From an uncultured Poribacteria bacterium (lineage in GTDB: Bacteria > Poribacteria > WGA-4E > WGA-3G), in assembly GCA_958296135.2 (NCBI GenBank), contig CATQHZ020000001.1, forward strand, positions 2,272,001 through 2,336,000: a stretch of DNA of 64,000 nucleotides. Reading direction: 5' to 3'. The translations under genes and the position numbers were made by a program. The first letter of the stretch is position 1, and each line of letters starts with the position of its first letter. Shown one piece after another: positions 17,178-26,299 of this stretch. The notes beneath the pieces were generated by a model. That model was not told where the DNA came from. It did no database searches and worked only from the letters and a program-made list of their open reading frames with translations.

Positions 17178-20100
17178 CTAACGGGTTGCAGATTTCGCAC
17201 ATCGGAAACCGACGTAGGAATATGCGTATGTCGGCGCATACCCGGAGCGACTGGCGACACGCAGGCCCCAGGCTGAAATGCCCCACGAGCCCCCACGCAA
17301 CACGCGGGAACCTTTCACGCTAATGAAATTGGTGACAATATCTGTCACAGTGCCTCCGGCGAGTGGATTTCGCCGATGCGAACTTTTATAGAATCCGCCC
17401 TGATATGCATCAAGGCACCACTCCCTGACGTTACCCGCCATGTCATGTAAGCCGTAGTTGTTAGCCGGATAACTGCCAACGCGGGAGGTACCACCAAGAT
17501 TCGTCCCGTAGTTTGCCTTGCTGGGCCCAATAGAATTCCCCCAGGGGTATCTCTGTCCAACTGCTCCTCCGCGCGCGGCTTTCTCCCATTCCGCTTCTGT
17601 CGGAAGCCGTTTTCCAGCCCAGTGCGCGTAAGCCATTGCCGCATACCAACTCACATGGGTGACCGGATGCTCGCCTTTTCCAGCGGGATAATGATTCACA
17701 TTCCAATCGTTTAAGTAGTTGCCATTATGATACGCGAGAGGGATGCGCTGCTTTCCCCACTGAGGATTCGCATCAACGAACTTCTTATATTGCGCGTTTG
17801 TCACTTCATATTTGTCGATATAAAATGCATCAACGTAGACGGTATGCACGGGCTTTTCGTCAAATTCACCATTCCTGCTTCCCATCTGAAACCGGCCCGC
17901 AGGAATCAGTGCCATGTTGGCATCAAAGGAATTTGATGGCGGTGGAGTCACGTTAGACTCTTGTTGTCGCACCGTGTTTAACTCCTTCGCCTCTTGCAAA
18001 CGCGTCTGAATGCCAGTCCTTGGTTGCCGCGCTTCGCCAAGTTCCTTCTGCAAAGCCGCATTCTGATTCCTCAACGTCCGGTTTTGGCTGCGAAGCCGTT
18101 CTTCCCCTCGCGCCGATTTCTGCGAGGCAGATTTCAGCCCGCGGATTTCGGCATCCTTCTTAGCCAATTGGTTCTGTAATTTTCGCAGCTGGCCCTGCGT
18201 CTGCTGCTGTTCCTGCTGCAACACCCCAATTTGGAAGTCAGCCCCGTCCCTGGCTTTCAGTTGGAATAGGAACGCGATGAGAAAAGCAAGGAAAATCGCG
18301 CTTAATCCGCCAATAACGGTTATCCAACGTCGGAACGCTCTGTCCAATTGCTGCTGTAACGCGGTCTTTTCCTCCTGCAACGCTCCGTTCTGAATCCGAA
18401 TCTTAGCAGTTTCGGTATGCAACCCTCGGTTTTCGGTGCGAAGTTCCGCAGTCTCAGTTTCCAACCCTCGGTTTTCATTGCGAAGTTCCGCAGTCTTGGT
18501 TTGCAATTCTTCATTTTCATTGCGAAGTCCGCCGGTCGCCTCCAGCAAACGTTGCTGCGCACCGTCCAATTGCTTTCTTAAAGCCGTTTTCTCCGTTTGC
18601 AACGCTCCGTTTTGAGCCTGAAGTTCCGCAGTCTCAGTTTCCAACCCTCGGTTTTCATTGCGAAGTTCCGCAGTCTCGGTTTGCAATTCTTCATTTTCAT
18701 TGCGAAGTTCGCCGGTCGCCTTCAGCAAACGTTGCTGCGCACCGTCCAATTGCTGCTGTAAAGCGATTTTCTCCGTTTGCAACGCTCCGTTTTGGACGTG
18801 AAGTTGCTTAGTTTGAGTTTGCAACTCTTCGTTGTGGCGGCGAAGTTCCACAGTCTCGATTTGCAATTCTTCGTTTTCATTGCGAAGTTCGCCGGTCGCC
18901 TTCAACCAACGTTGCTGCGCACCGTCCAATTGCTTTCCTAAAGCGATTTTCTCCGTTTGCAACGCTCCGTTTCGAGCCTGAAGTTCCGCAGTCTCGGTTT
19001 GCAATTTTTCGTTTTCGCGGTGAAGTCTGCGAATTTTTTCAACGGTTACAAGACAAGCTTGAATAGCGTACAAAAGTCCGAGCGCAGGTTGATAGTCTGA
19101 ATCAATTGCTAGTGCGTTTTCGGCTCCCTCTTTCGCCTCATCCAATTTTCCCATTATCATGTAAGCGAGCCCAAGGCCGTGATAGGCCTCCTTAAAATCG
19201 GGTTTGAGGGAGATTGCCTCTCGAAACTCGCCAGTTGCCTCGCGGTATTGTCCCTTCTGCAGGTAAGTCGTTCCCTGTTCATAACACTTCTCATGCGGTG
19301 GTTTTGGCAAAACATCCTCTAACGGGGCAAGCAGGTCGATGGATGTTTTTGCACAAAAATCCTTCAGCCTTGCAGCGAGTTCCCGCACCTCCGCCGACAA
19401 CTTTTCAAGTTCGCCGAAAATGTCAGAGGTGTTGGGATTTTTAAAGTCATCGGCTGAAAAGAGGAGTCCATCTCCAGTGCTATCCTTAAACTGATTCCAA
19501 AGTTCCGGTTTTTCCGCGAGGCTTAGGAAGGAGAGATAGATAACCAATTCCGAAAAATAGTCCACCTTTTCGCCGGTTTGTCCGCCGCGGGCGATTCTTT
19601 GCGGGTGTTGATATTCCGGGAGGCCGACGATGCCGCTATCGGGATAACCACGGAGCGCGGGAACGAAGACGCTATCGTAGTCTATCAACTTGATTTCAAC
19701 CTGAGCACCGTTTCGGTTGAGCAGAATGTTGCCATCCTGCAGGTCACCGTGCGAGATTTCGCTAGCATGGAGCTCGGCAACCATTTTCTGAAATTCGGTT
19801 GCGACGGTTCTGAAGACATCGGCATCCTGCAGATTCTGCTCAATGAAAGCACGCAGCGAGTGCCCGTTCGCCCATTCCATGCGAGTGATGGGATATTTGG
19901 TGCCCCTCACCCAAATGCCTTCGGGAACGTATTCAAAATCGACAAAGTAAGGTAGGCCAACCTGTTTCAGGTACTCCGATATTTTTTGATACCGAATTTC
20001 AGCATCAACAACATCTTTAATCCAACATCGCAGCGCGAAAGTCTTAAAGCCCACGTTAACAGGATAGACTCTCGAAAAGCCACCGGACATCCCTTTTCCG

Positions 20101-20207
20101 GGCTTCCCGCCTTTAAGTTTTGGATCGAACACGCTGTAGGCAAAAGCATTCTTGACAGCGAATTCATAATCGGCGAAACTTGGCCAACGCATAACGGCTC
20201 CTATCAA
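17178..20207 (-). CDS. Ser/Thr kinase-like + TPR + coiled-coil repeats + TM + FGE-sulfatase/C-type-lectin-fold protein
   Basis: GGFSRVY, HGDLQDGN, LIDYD; TPRs; TM WITVIGGLSAIFLAFLIAFLF; IPAGRFQMGS, KRLPTEAEWEKAARGG, RVLRGGSW..GFRC. Start may be MRWPS, five codons in. Confidence 0.88.
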   Translation of the reverse strand: MIGAVMRWPSFADYEFAVKNAFAYSVFDPKLKGGKPGKGMSGGFSRVYPVNVGFKTFALRCWIKDVVDAEIRYQKISEYLKQVGLPYFVDFEYVPEGIWVRGTKYPITRMEWANGHSLRAFIEQNLQDADVFRTVATEFQKMVAELHASEISHGDLQDGNILLNRNGAQVEIKLIDYDSVFVPALRGYPDSGIVGLPEYQHPQRIARGGQTGEKVDYFSELVIYLSFLSLAEKPELWNQFKDSTGDGLLFSADDFKNPNTSDIFGELEKLSAEVRELAARLKDFCAKTSIDLLAPLEDVLPKPPHEKCYEQGTTYLQKGQYREATGEFREAISLKPDFKEAYHGLGLAYMIMGKLDEAKEGAENALAIDSDYQPALGLLYAIQACLVTVEKIRRLHRENEKLQTETAELQARNGALQTEKIALGKQLDGAQQRWLKATGELRNENEELQIETVELRRHNEELQTQTKQLHVQNGALQTEKIALQQQLDGAQQRLLKATGELRNENEELQTETAELRNENRGLETETAELQAQNGALQTEKTALRKQLDGAQQRLLEATGGLRNENEELQTKTAELRNENRGLETETAELRTENRGLHTETAKIRIQNGALQEEKTALQQQLDRAFRRWITVIGGLSAIFLAFLIAFLFQLKARDGADFQIGVLQQEQQQTQGQLRKLQNQLAKKDAEIRGLKSASQKSARGEERLRSQNRTLRNQNAALQKELGEARQPRTGIQTRLQEAKELNTVRQQESNVTPPPSNSFDANMALIPAGRFQMGSRNGEFDEKPVHTVYVDAFYIDKYEVTNAQYKKFVDANPQWGKQRIPLAYHNGNYLNDWNVNHYPAGKGEHPVTHVSWYAAMAYAHWAGKRLPTEAEWEKAARGGAVGQRYPWGNSIGPSKANYGTNLGGTSRVGSYPANNYGLHDMAGNVREWCLDAYQGGFYKSSHRRNPLAGGTVTDIVTNFISVKGSRVLRGGSWGISAWGLRVASRSGYAPTYAYSYVGFRCAKSATR
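18400..19015 (-). repeat. Intragenic 180-bp (60-aa) coiled-coil tandem repeat, about 3.3 units
   Basis: cgaagttcc recurs at 18481, 18661 and 18841; ELRNENEELQ..GALQTEK..QLDGAQQR repeated. Confidence 0.85.
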
Positions 20208-20322
20208 GGTGTTGTGTTATACCAAATTACGGTAATTCGTCCTCTCTCTGTAGTTCAATAACATTTGGAAACCTAGATGCCAGAACTTCAGACGCTCCCA
20301 GACTACTCATGTTAATTGGGTA

Positions 20323-21219
20323 TTACTCATCACGTTTTGTGATGAATCGGAAAATCCACCACAAAACGGCAAGGACAACCGCCCCGGGCAGCAAATAGAT
20401 GATGAGCCATCCGAGCATCCGCGCGAGGTTTGGTTTTTCAACCTCATCCGGAGGTTGTAATTTACCGGGCTCTTCTGCTACTGAAATGCACAGCAGCGTT
20501 ACGTCGTCGTTCACAAGAGGGATATCCTCAGTTTCACGTGCTGCCTCAACGAATTGTGCGAATTCCGCATCATCCGTTAGCGCAGTGAGTCGGTTGAGGG
20601 CAGCTCCTAATTGTCCCGCTTCTTCGTGGAGGATAATCCATTTCGCCAACGCATCGGTTGCCAAGATAAACAGATCTCCGGGTGCCGCTTTCCCTTCAAC
20701 AATCTGCGGTTTTGCGTAGTTTTCCTTTTCAAAACTAGCAAAAGCCTCGGGGTGATTGTTGAATCCCTCTGACTGCTTGATCGGATAACTCTCCACCAAT
20801 TGAGAGTTCTTAATCTGAAAGAGGCAACTATCGCCGACGATTCCTGCCTTCCATTCTGTCGTGTCTTTGTCAAACTCAAGTCCGATAAAGGTGGCAGCGG
20901 CCGGTTCGGATTTGGAGAGCCGGTCTATTGAGATAAACCTCTTCGTCTCCTGAACGATGGCAGTTACCTGCTTTAACCAGTCCCGTTGGAGAGGTGTTAT
21001 CCACGCTTGCCAATTTCCCTCATCCAAAGACAGCATGTCTTTTTGGCAGAAGTGGTTGACGAGGAGTTTTGCCCATTGTTTCGGAAAAAGGGAACGGGTC
21101 GCGCCATCTGCGACAGCGTAACGAGCGGCACCTTTGTTCATGGCCCAGGCATCTTGGCAATCATCAGGCGTTTCCGCTGCTTTATGCGTACTGAAACCTT
21201 TCGTACTTAGTTTGAGCAT
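20323..21219 (-). CDS. PP2C-family phosphatase (TerY-P/YegK-like) with a C-terminal TM anchor
   Basis: CQDA, AVADGA, VGDS, LATDAL, NDDVT motifs; hydrophobic C-terminus. Confidence 0.85.
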   Translation of the reverse strand: MLKLSTKGFSTHKAAETPDDCQDAWAMNKGAARYAVADGATRSLFPKQWAKLLVNHFCQKDMLSLDEGNWQAWITPLQRDWLKQVTAIVQETKRFISIDRLSKSEPAAATFIGLEFDKDTTEWKAGIVGDSCLFQIKNSQLVESYPIKQSEGFNNHPEAFASFEKENYAKPQIVEGKAAPGDLFILATDALAKWIILHEEAGQLGAALNRLTALTDDAEFAQFVEAARETEDIPLVNDDVTLLCISVAEEPGKLQPPDEVEKPNLARMLGWLIIYLLPGAVVLAVLWWIFRFITKRDE

Positions 21220-21229
21220 CAGATAATTC

Positions 21230-23233
21230 CTATAGGGCTACATTGCGAGGTGCTAAGTGTGAATCAAATAGGGTACTAAACACCATGATCTCCGTGGAGT
21301 TATAGGCAAAACACCGGCTACCACGTTGTAACGGAAAACCGTAGCAAGATTGAAACACAGGAAACAAAGGTGGAGGCAGAATGCTTGAGGAACGGAATAG
21401 GAAATCGGCACTGCTATCTCCGCTGAATTTCATCGTGCCGTGCGGGAAAACCACCTCAGGCCCACCGTTGGCAATGTGATTGTTGAAAACTAAAACATTG
21501 CCATCTGATGTGTGGAGATTCATGAGTTTTCTTACTGCCTCGCGTATCAACTCCGGCGAAGTGAGAACGCCTCCGGTGATGTTCATAACGATCGGTGGGA
21601 AACCATTAGGCCACTGAATACACCACTGCTGGACGATTTCCGCAGCGCGTTCAAATGCCGTATGCATCTGCGCGATGCCGCCCGCCTTGGGATGCAACCA
21701 AATTGGCACGTCCACTTCAATTTCAACGGTGCCACCCGCGCCATCCGGTAGCAACTTCGCGACCTTTTTAGTCGCAATCAGCGAGTTAACCACCTCCGAT
21801 ATCATGCCATCAATCAGGCACTCCACTTGTTCCCCATAGCCGATAACGGCGACATGACACCGATTTCTGATTTCCGTGCCAGTGTCGCACGCCAAACCGA
21901 GTTCGTGAATCATGCGACTCACGATAAGGGCTGCGACTTCTGCCTTCGTGCCGCTTTCCCACGGCTCGTTCATTGACTCCGATTGATCCACGAGAATGAC
22001 AAAACAACCGGGGTTCGGGCTACTTAGAGGCAAATTGCAATACCGTCCAACAGAGGCGGTCCTACGCCACCTATTGCGTTCGGATTCGGCGATGATTTCC
22101 AAAAGTTGGCGTGCAAGGTGATAGTTGGCATCAAAACTTAATGCCTTTTCGGCTGCGGCCTTCGCTTCTCTCAACTTGTCCATCTTGAAGTAAGTCAAAC
22201 CGAGGCCATAATACGCTTCTCTCAGATCTTCGTAAAGAAGGTTTATCGTCTTTCCAAACTTACCGACAGCTTCGTCATATCGGTTCCTATGCAGGCAAGT
22301 GAGGCCTTGGGTGTAATAGTCCTTTGCCTCCGGCGCGGTCTGCTTTTGCGGTAGAATCTCTTCTAGCGGTGACAGTTGTTCAATAGAGGTTTGCCTGCAA
22401 AAATGTTTCAGCGTATCCGCCAAATGTTTCACATCAGGCGACAGGTTCTCAAGTTCGCGGAAAATCGCAGATTGACTCGGGTTCCTAAAGTCTTCTGCCA
22501 AAAACAGCAACCCATCTCCGGTGTTCTCCTGAAACTGATTCCAGAGAGTAGGCTTTTCAGCGAGGCTCAGAAAACTGAGATAAATGACGAGTTCCGAGAA
22601 ATAGTCCACTTTTTCGCTGGCTTGCCCACCACCTACAATTCTTTGCGGATGCTGATATTCCGGAAGCCCGACAATGCTATCCGGCTGGCCTCGGAGTGCT
22701 GGAACGAACAGACTATCGTAGTCTATTAATTTGATTTCGACCTGGGCACCGTTCCTTTTGAGGAGCATGTTACCATCTTGCAAGTCACCGTGCGAAATCC
22801 GGTGAGCATGCAGCGTCTCGACCATTTGCTGAAACTCAGCCGCGACGGTTTTGAACACATCAGCATCCTCTAGATTGTTGACGATAAAGGCGCGGAGCGT
22901 TTTCCCCTCCGCCCATTCCATGCGAGTAGTGGAATACTTCTCCCCATCCACCAGGATGCCTTCGGGAACGTACTCAAAATCGACGAAGTAGGGTAACCGA
23001 ACCCGTTTCAGGTACTCCGATATTTCTTCATACCGACTTTTGGCATCAACGACATTCCGAGTCCAACACCGCAAAGCGAACTTTTTGGCATCCACTTCAA
23101 CGGGATAGACTCTCGAAAAGCCGCCGGACATCCCCTTACCGGGGGTGCCGCCACTAAACTTGGGGTCCAACACGCTGTAGGCAAAAGCCTGCATGACAGC
23201 GAATTCATAATCGGCGAAACTCGGCCACTGCAT
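21230..23233 (-). CDS. Ser/Thr kinase-like + TPR + vWA fusion protein
   Basis: Kinase domain paralogous to that of 17178-20207; TPRs; C-terminal vWA (LVDQSESM..NITGG) paralogous to 23320-24147. Confidence 0.85.
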   Translation of the reverse strand: MQWPSFADYEFAVMQAFAYSVLDPKFSGGTPGKGMSGGFSRVYPVEVDAKKFALRCWTRNVVDAKSRYEEISEYLKRVRLPYFVDFEYVPEGILVDGEKYSTTRMEWAEGKTLRAFIVNNLEDADVFKTVAAEFQQMVETLHAHRISHGDLQDGNMLLKRNGAQVEIKLIDYDSLFVPALRGQPDSIVGLPEYQHPQRIVGGGQASEKVDYFSELVIYLSFLSLAEKPTLWNQFQENTGDGLLFLAEDFRNPSQSAIFRELENLSPDVKHLADTLKHFCRQTSIEQLSPLEEILPQKQTAPEAKDYYTQGLTCLHRNRYDEAVGKFGKTINLLYEDLREAYYGLGLTYFKMDKLREAKAAAEKALSFDANYHLARQLLEIIAESERNRWRRTASVGRYCNLPLSSPNPGCFVILVDQSESMNEPWESGTKAEVAALIVSRMIHELGLACDTGTEIRNRCHVAVIGYGEQVECLIDGMISEVVNSLIATKKVAKLLPDGAGGTVEIEVDVPIWLHPKAGGIAQMHTAFERAAEIVQQWCIQWPNGFPPIVMNITGGVLTSPELIREAVRKLMNLHTSDGNVLVFNNHIANGGPEVVFPHGTMKFSGDSSADFLFRSSSILPPPLFPVFQSCYGFPLQRGSRCFAYNSTEIMVFSTLFDSHLAPRNVAL

Positions 23234-23319
23234 GATTACCTCGAAATTTAATGGCGTTAATCGTTTTCCTCAGTAGCGTTTGCGCAGATAGATATTGCGG
23301 AATGCGGGAAAGGCACCTG

Positions 23320-24147
23320 TTAAGAATTCCCTTCGCCTCCGGAACCTAAGCGATGCAAAGTGCCAAACTTTAGCATCTGGATAAGTTTAACTTCACAGAC
23401 GTTATACCCAAAACACCGTGCATCGGGTTGCGGGTCGAAACCTTGGCTTTTTGCCTCTCGGCGCAAGGGCTCGGGTAGAACACTAGAAATGGCAAAGAGA
23501 AATTCGGCCAAGATATCGTCGGCAAATGGTGCGGGGTTGTGTGGAAAAATCACCTCATTATTACGTCCACCGGCAATGTGAACGTTGAATACTAGCACGT
23601 TACCATCTTCTGTTTGGATGTTCATCGTCTTCTCTGCAGCATCTATCGTTAAACCGGGCTGGTTAGCGGCTCCATCTGTGATGTTAAACACAACAGGTGG
23701 AAAGTTGTTAGGGTGCTCGCTACACCACTTTTCGGCAACTTCCGCGGCATATTCAAATGCCGTATGCATGGGGGTGCCATTATCCGCCATCGGCTGTAGC
23801 CAAATCGGTATGTCCGTTTCAATTTCAACGACACCTCCCGCGCCATCCGGTAGCAACCTCGTGCCCTTTTGGGTTGCGATCGGTGAGAGATACACCTCCG
23901 ATATCATGCCATCAATCAGGCACTCTACCTGGTTACCGTAACCGATAACGGATACGTGACACCGATCTTTGATTTCCGTGCTTGTGTCACACGCCAAACC
24001 GAGTTCGCGAATCATGCGACTCACGATAAGGGCTGCGATTTCTGCCTTCGTCCCAGTTTCCCACTGTCCGTTCATAGAATAAGACTGGTCCACGAGAATA
24101 ACGAAACAACCGGGATGAGGTGTTCCGATAGGAGCGTTGTATGCCAT
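23320..24147 (-). CDS. vWA domain protein (TerY-like)
   Basis: MIDAS LVDQSYSM, NGTPM..AF, PPVVFNITDG; RBS GGAGG before ATG 24147. Confidence 0.85.
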   Translation of the reverse strand: MAYNAPIGTPHPGCFVILVDQSYSMNGQWETGTKAEIAALIVSRMIRELGLACDTSTEIKDRCHVSVIGYGNQVECLIDGMISEVYLSPIATQKGTRLLPDGAGGVVEIETDIPIWLQPMADNGTPMHTAFEYAAEVAEKWCSEHPNNFPPVVFNITDGAANQPGLTIDAAEKTMNIQTEDGNVLVFNVHIAGGRNNEVIFPHNPAPFADDILAEFLFAISSVLPEPLRREAKSQGFDPQPDARCFGYNVCEVKLIQMLKFGTLHRLGSGGEGNS

Positions 24148-24177
24148 GCTAATCCTCCCATTTTTGTTGATACGCCA

Positions 24178-24206
24178 ATAATACCTAAATCTGCAACAAA
24201 TTGCAA
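24178..24206 (-). promoter_or_regulatory. Putative sigma70 promoter of the vWA-kinase-PP2C operon
   Basis: TTGCAA-17 bp-TATTAT. Confidence 0.5.
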
Positions 24207-24231
24207 GAAAAATCAACACCGCTGTCAAAGT

Positions 24232-24975
24232 TCAACCAATCCCCAACGCCTCACGAACCGCCTCGCGCACCTCAGTAGCGATTTTTGCCGCAGCAATCGC
24301 AGATTCCCCAGGATACCGGAAATCCACCGCATGCGTCGTAAATGCCGAAAAATCTGCGGCCCACGCACGCCACGCAGGACGCATCGACACAACTAGATGG
24401 AGCAGTTCCACCAAATCGTGCGTCCTCGGAACAGGGAGATTCGCATCCTGAAGCCACGCCTTCAGATACTTCTCAATACACTGCTGCGCGTTGAAACACA
24501 CCGAATTATGCCTCGGTGTGGGGGCCCGCTGAAGCCAGTCTATATTCTCGTAATTCTCCTCAGCCTTTTCTACATACTCTAATGTCAACGGATTCATCAG
24601 GGTTCCTGCCTCTGTATCGCGCAGTTCGCCAGCGGTTTCCAAGGCATTCTTGGCAAAACCACCCGAATCGTAAAGCACGTCTCCCTTCTCAAGGATTTCT
24701 CGGAGAAACCAGTCGTTGTGCGACACGCGATAGGCTATCTCTGCCGGCGACCGGACGAGCAAATCCATCGGAAAGCGACGCGGCAGACGCTGCCGCATCT
24801 CTACGGCCTTGTCACGCTGCTCCGATGCAGGAATCGCCATAACAACGAGTAGATCGACATCCGAATCCTCCCGCGGTGTGCCATACGCATAGGAACCGAA
24901 GAGAATAATTTGGAGCGGCGCGAACTCGCGAACGATGACATCACAAATCGCTTGAATCTCTTTTTGCGAAACCAT
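24232..24975 (-). CDS. MNT-HEPN fusion, divergent 4th paralog
   Basis: ILFGSYAYG..DSDVDLL; AQQCIEKYLKAWLQ..PRTHDL; RBS AAGGAGG. Confidence 0.85.
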   Translation of the reverse strand: MVSQKEIQAICDVIVREFAPLQIILFGSYAYGTPREDSDVDLLVVMAIPASEQRDKAVEMRQRLPRRFPMDLLVRSPAEIAYRVSHNDWFLREILEKGDVLYDSGGFAKNALETAGELRDTEAGTLMNPLTLEYVEKAEENYENIDWLQRAPTPRHNSVCFNAQQCIEKYLKAWLQDANLPVPRTHDLVELLHLVVSMRPAWRAWAADFSAFTTHAVDFRYPGESAIAAAKIATEVREAVREALGIG

Positions 24976-25001
24976 GGACGCTGCCTCCTTAACGGTGCAC
25001 A

Positions 25002-25709
25002 TCACGATGCAGATCTTTCGTGCGCCTTCCGCTCTTTTTCAAGTAGATCTACTAGGTAGAGAGCCCCCCAGTCCGAAGGATCCCGCATCAGCGCGTCAAC
25101 GAGTGCCTGTTCCGCCGCGTCAAACTGCTTGCGCTTCATGTAGACCATGGCGATAGCGGAGTAGCCGCTCGCGAAGTCCGGCTTATTGCGCGTTAACTGC
25201 TGGAAATGGTGTAACGCCTGATCCAAGTCTTCCAAGTAGAAATAGGCGTTCCCGATGAATAGATTCAGGTCCACCTTCGTCATCCCCAGTTCGCGCGACT
25301 TCAACCACGCTTGGAGCGCGGCTTCGTATTCGCACAGCCCGAAGTGAACGCGACCGAGGAGATAGTAGTAACTTTCGGGTTCCTCGCACCGCGCCATCGA
25401 GGGGATGAGGACCTCTCGCGCCTCCTCGTATTTATCCAATTTGATGTAGACATCGGCGAGGTTAATACGCACCTCTGTTAAACCCGCATCCAAGGCGAGT
25501 GCCTGCCGCAAGTGGAAAACGGCTTTTTCCTTCTTGTCCATTAGGATGTAGGTTGCGCCGAGGTTGTTATGCGCCGCCGCAGAATTCGGTTCAAGCTCAA
25601 GGGCTTTCTGAAAATCCTTGACACCTTTGGCGTATTCCCCGCGCTGGTTATGCAGGTACCCGCGAGTTGTATACACATCCTTGGGCATTTTTCGTTTTCG
25701 ACGTGCCAT
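25002..25709 (-). CDS. Tetratricopeptide repeat protein
   Basis: Multiple TPR consensus units (AHNNLGATY, YYYLLGRVHF, FIGNAYF). Confidence 0.88.
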   Translation of the reverse strand: MARRKRKMPKDVYTTRGYLHNQRGEYAKGVKDFQKALELEPNSAAAHNNLGATYILMDKKEKAVFHLRQALALDAGLTEVRINLADVYIKLDKYEEAREVLIPSMARCEEPESYYYLLGRVHFGLCEYEAALQAWLKSRELGMTKVDLNLFIGNAYFYLEDLDQALHHFQQLTRNKPDFASGYSAIAMVYMKRKQFDAAEQALVDALMRDPSDWGALYLVDLLEKERKAHERSAS

Positions 25710-25738
25710 CTGCTGCCTCCTTTTTTTGGTTCAGTCAC

Positions 25739-25768
25739 AGTATCGCATGAAAACACGAAGAATGTCAA
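25739..25768 (-). promoter_or_regulatory. Putative promoter for TPR/MNT-HEPN
   Basis: TTGACA-18 bp-GATACT; spacer resembles the promoter at 7725-7754. Confidence 0.45.
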
Positions 25769-25853
25769 CATGAATATCGCTCCTGACCTGTTTGCGCTCG
25801 GATGAGGTTTCAAGAAAGAAACGGGTAATTCGGGGGCAGCGGCCCCCTACCCC

Positions 25854-26203
25854 GTAGGAGAGACCTCCCGGTCTCGATGCCCCCTCTCCCTCGCGGTCTC
25901 AATGTATCCGTATCGGGACAAGGATGTCCCTCCTACCGTTGGCTCTCCCACCCGCGTCTCGATGCCTTCTCCCTTGTAGGAGAGCCCGCCCGCGTCTCGA
26001 TGCCCCTCTCCCTCGCGGTCTCGATGTATCCGTATCGGGACAAGGATGTCCCTCCTACCGTTGGCTCGCCCTCCCGCGTCTCGATGCCTTTTCCTTTGTA
26101 GGAGAGCCCTCCTGGTCTCGATGCCCCCTCTCCCTCGCGGTCTCCATGTATCCGTATCGGGACAAGGATGTCCCTCCTACCGTTGGTTCGCCCGCGTCTC
26201 GAT
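25854..26203. repeat. REP/BIME-like cluster, three 122-bp units
   Basis: GTAGGAGAG.. starts at 25854, 25976 and 26098, each with an inverted ATCGGGACAAGGATGTCCCTCCTAC. Confidence 0.85.
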
Positions 26204-26237
26204 GAATACTAAATGTCCCTGGGTTGTAAAAAAAGCG

Positions 26238-26266
26238 TTGACAAACCCAACAATTCCGTGTATAGT
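26238..26266 (+). promoter_or_regulatory. Putative sigma70 promoter
   Basis: TTGACA-17 bp-TATAGT. Confidence 0.65.
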
Positions 26267-26299
26267 TAACCCATCCGAAAAAACAAGGAGTGACGAAAA

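Noticed and set aside
17178-17900. Complete DGR, or a true formylglycine-generating enzyme
   Set aside because: No reverse transcriptase or template repeat in the window; the domain lacks the catalytic Cys pair near RGGS, so it is treated as a binding domain.
25854-26203. Possible CRISPR array (also 27020-27225 and 35757-36054)
   Set aside because: Intervening sequences are themselves repeated, units occur in both orientations, and no cas genes are present; this fits REP clusters.
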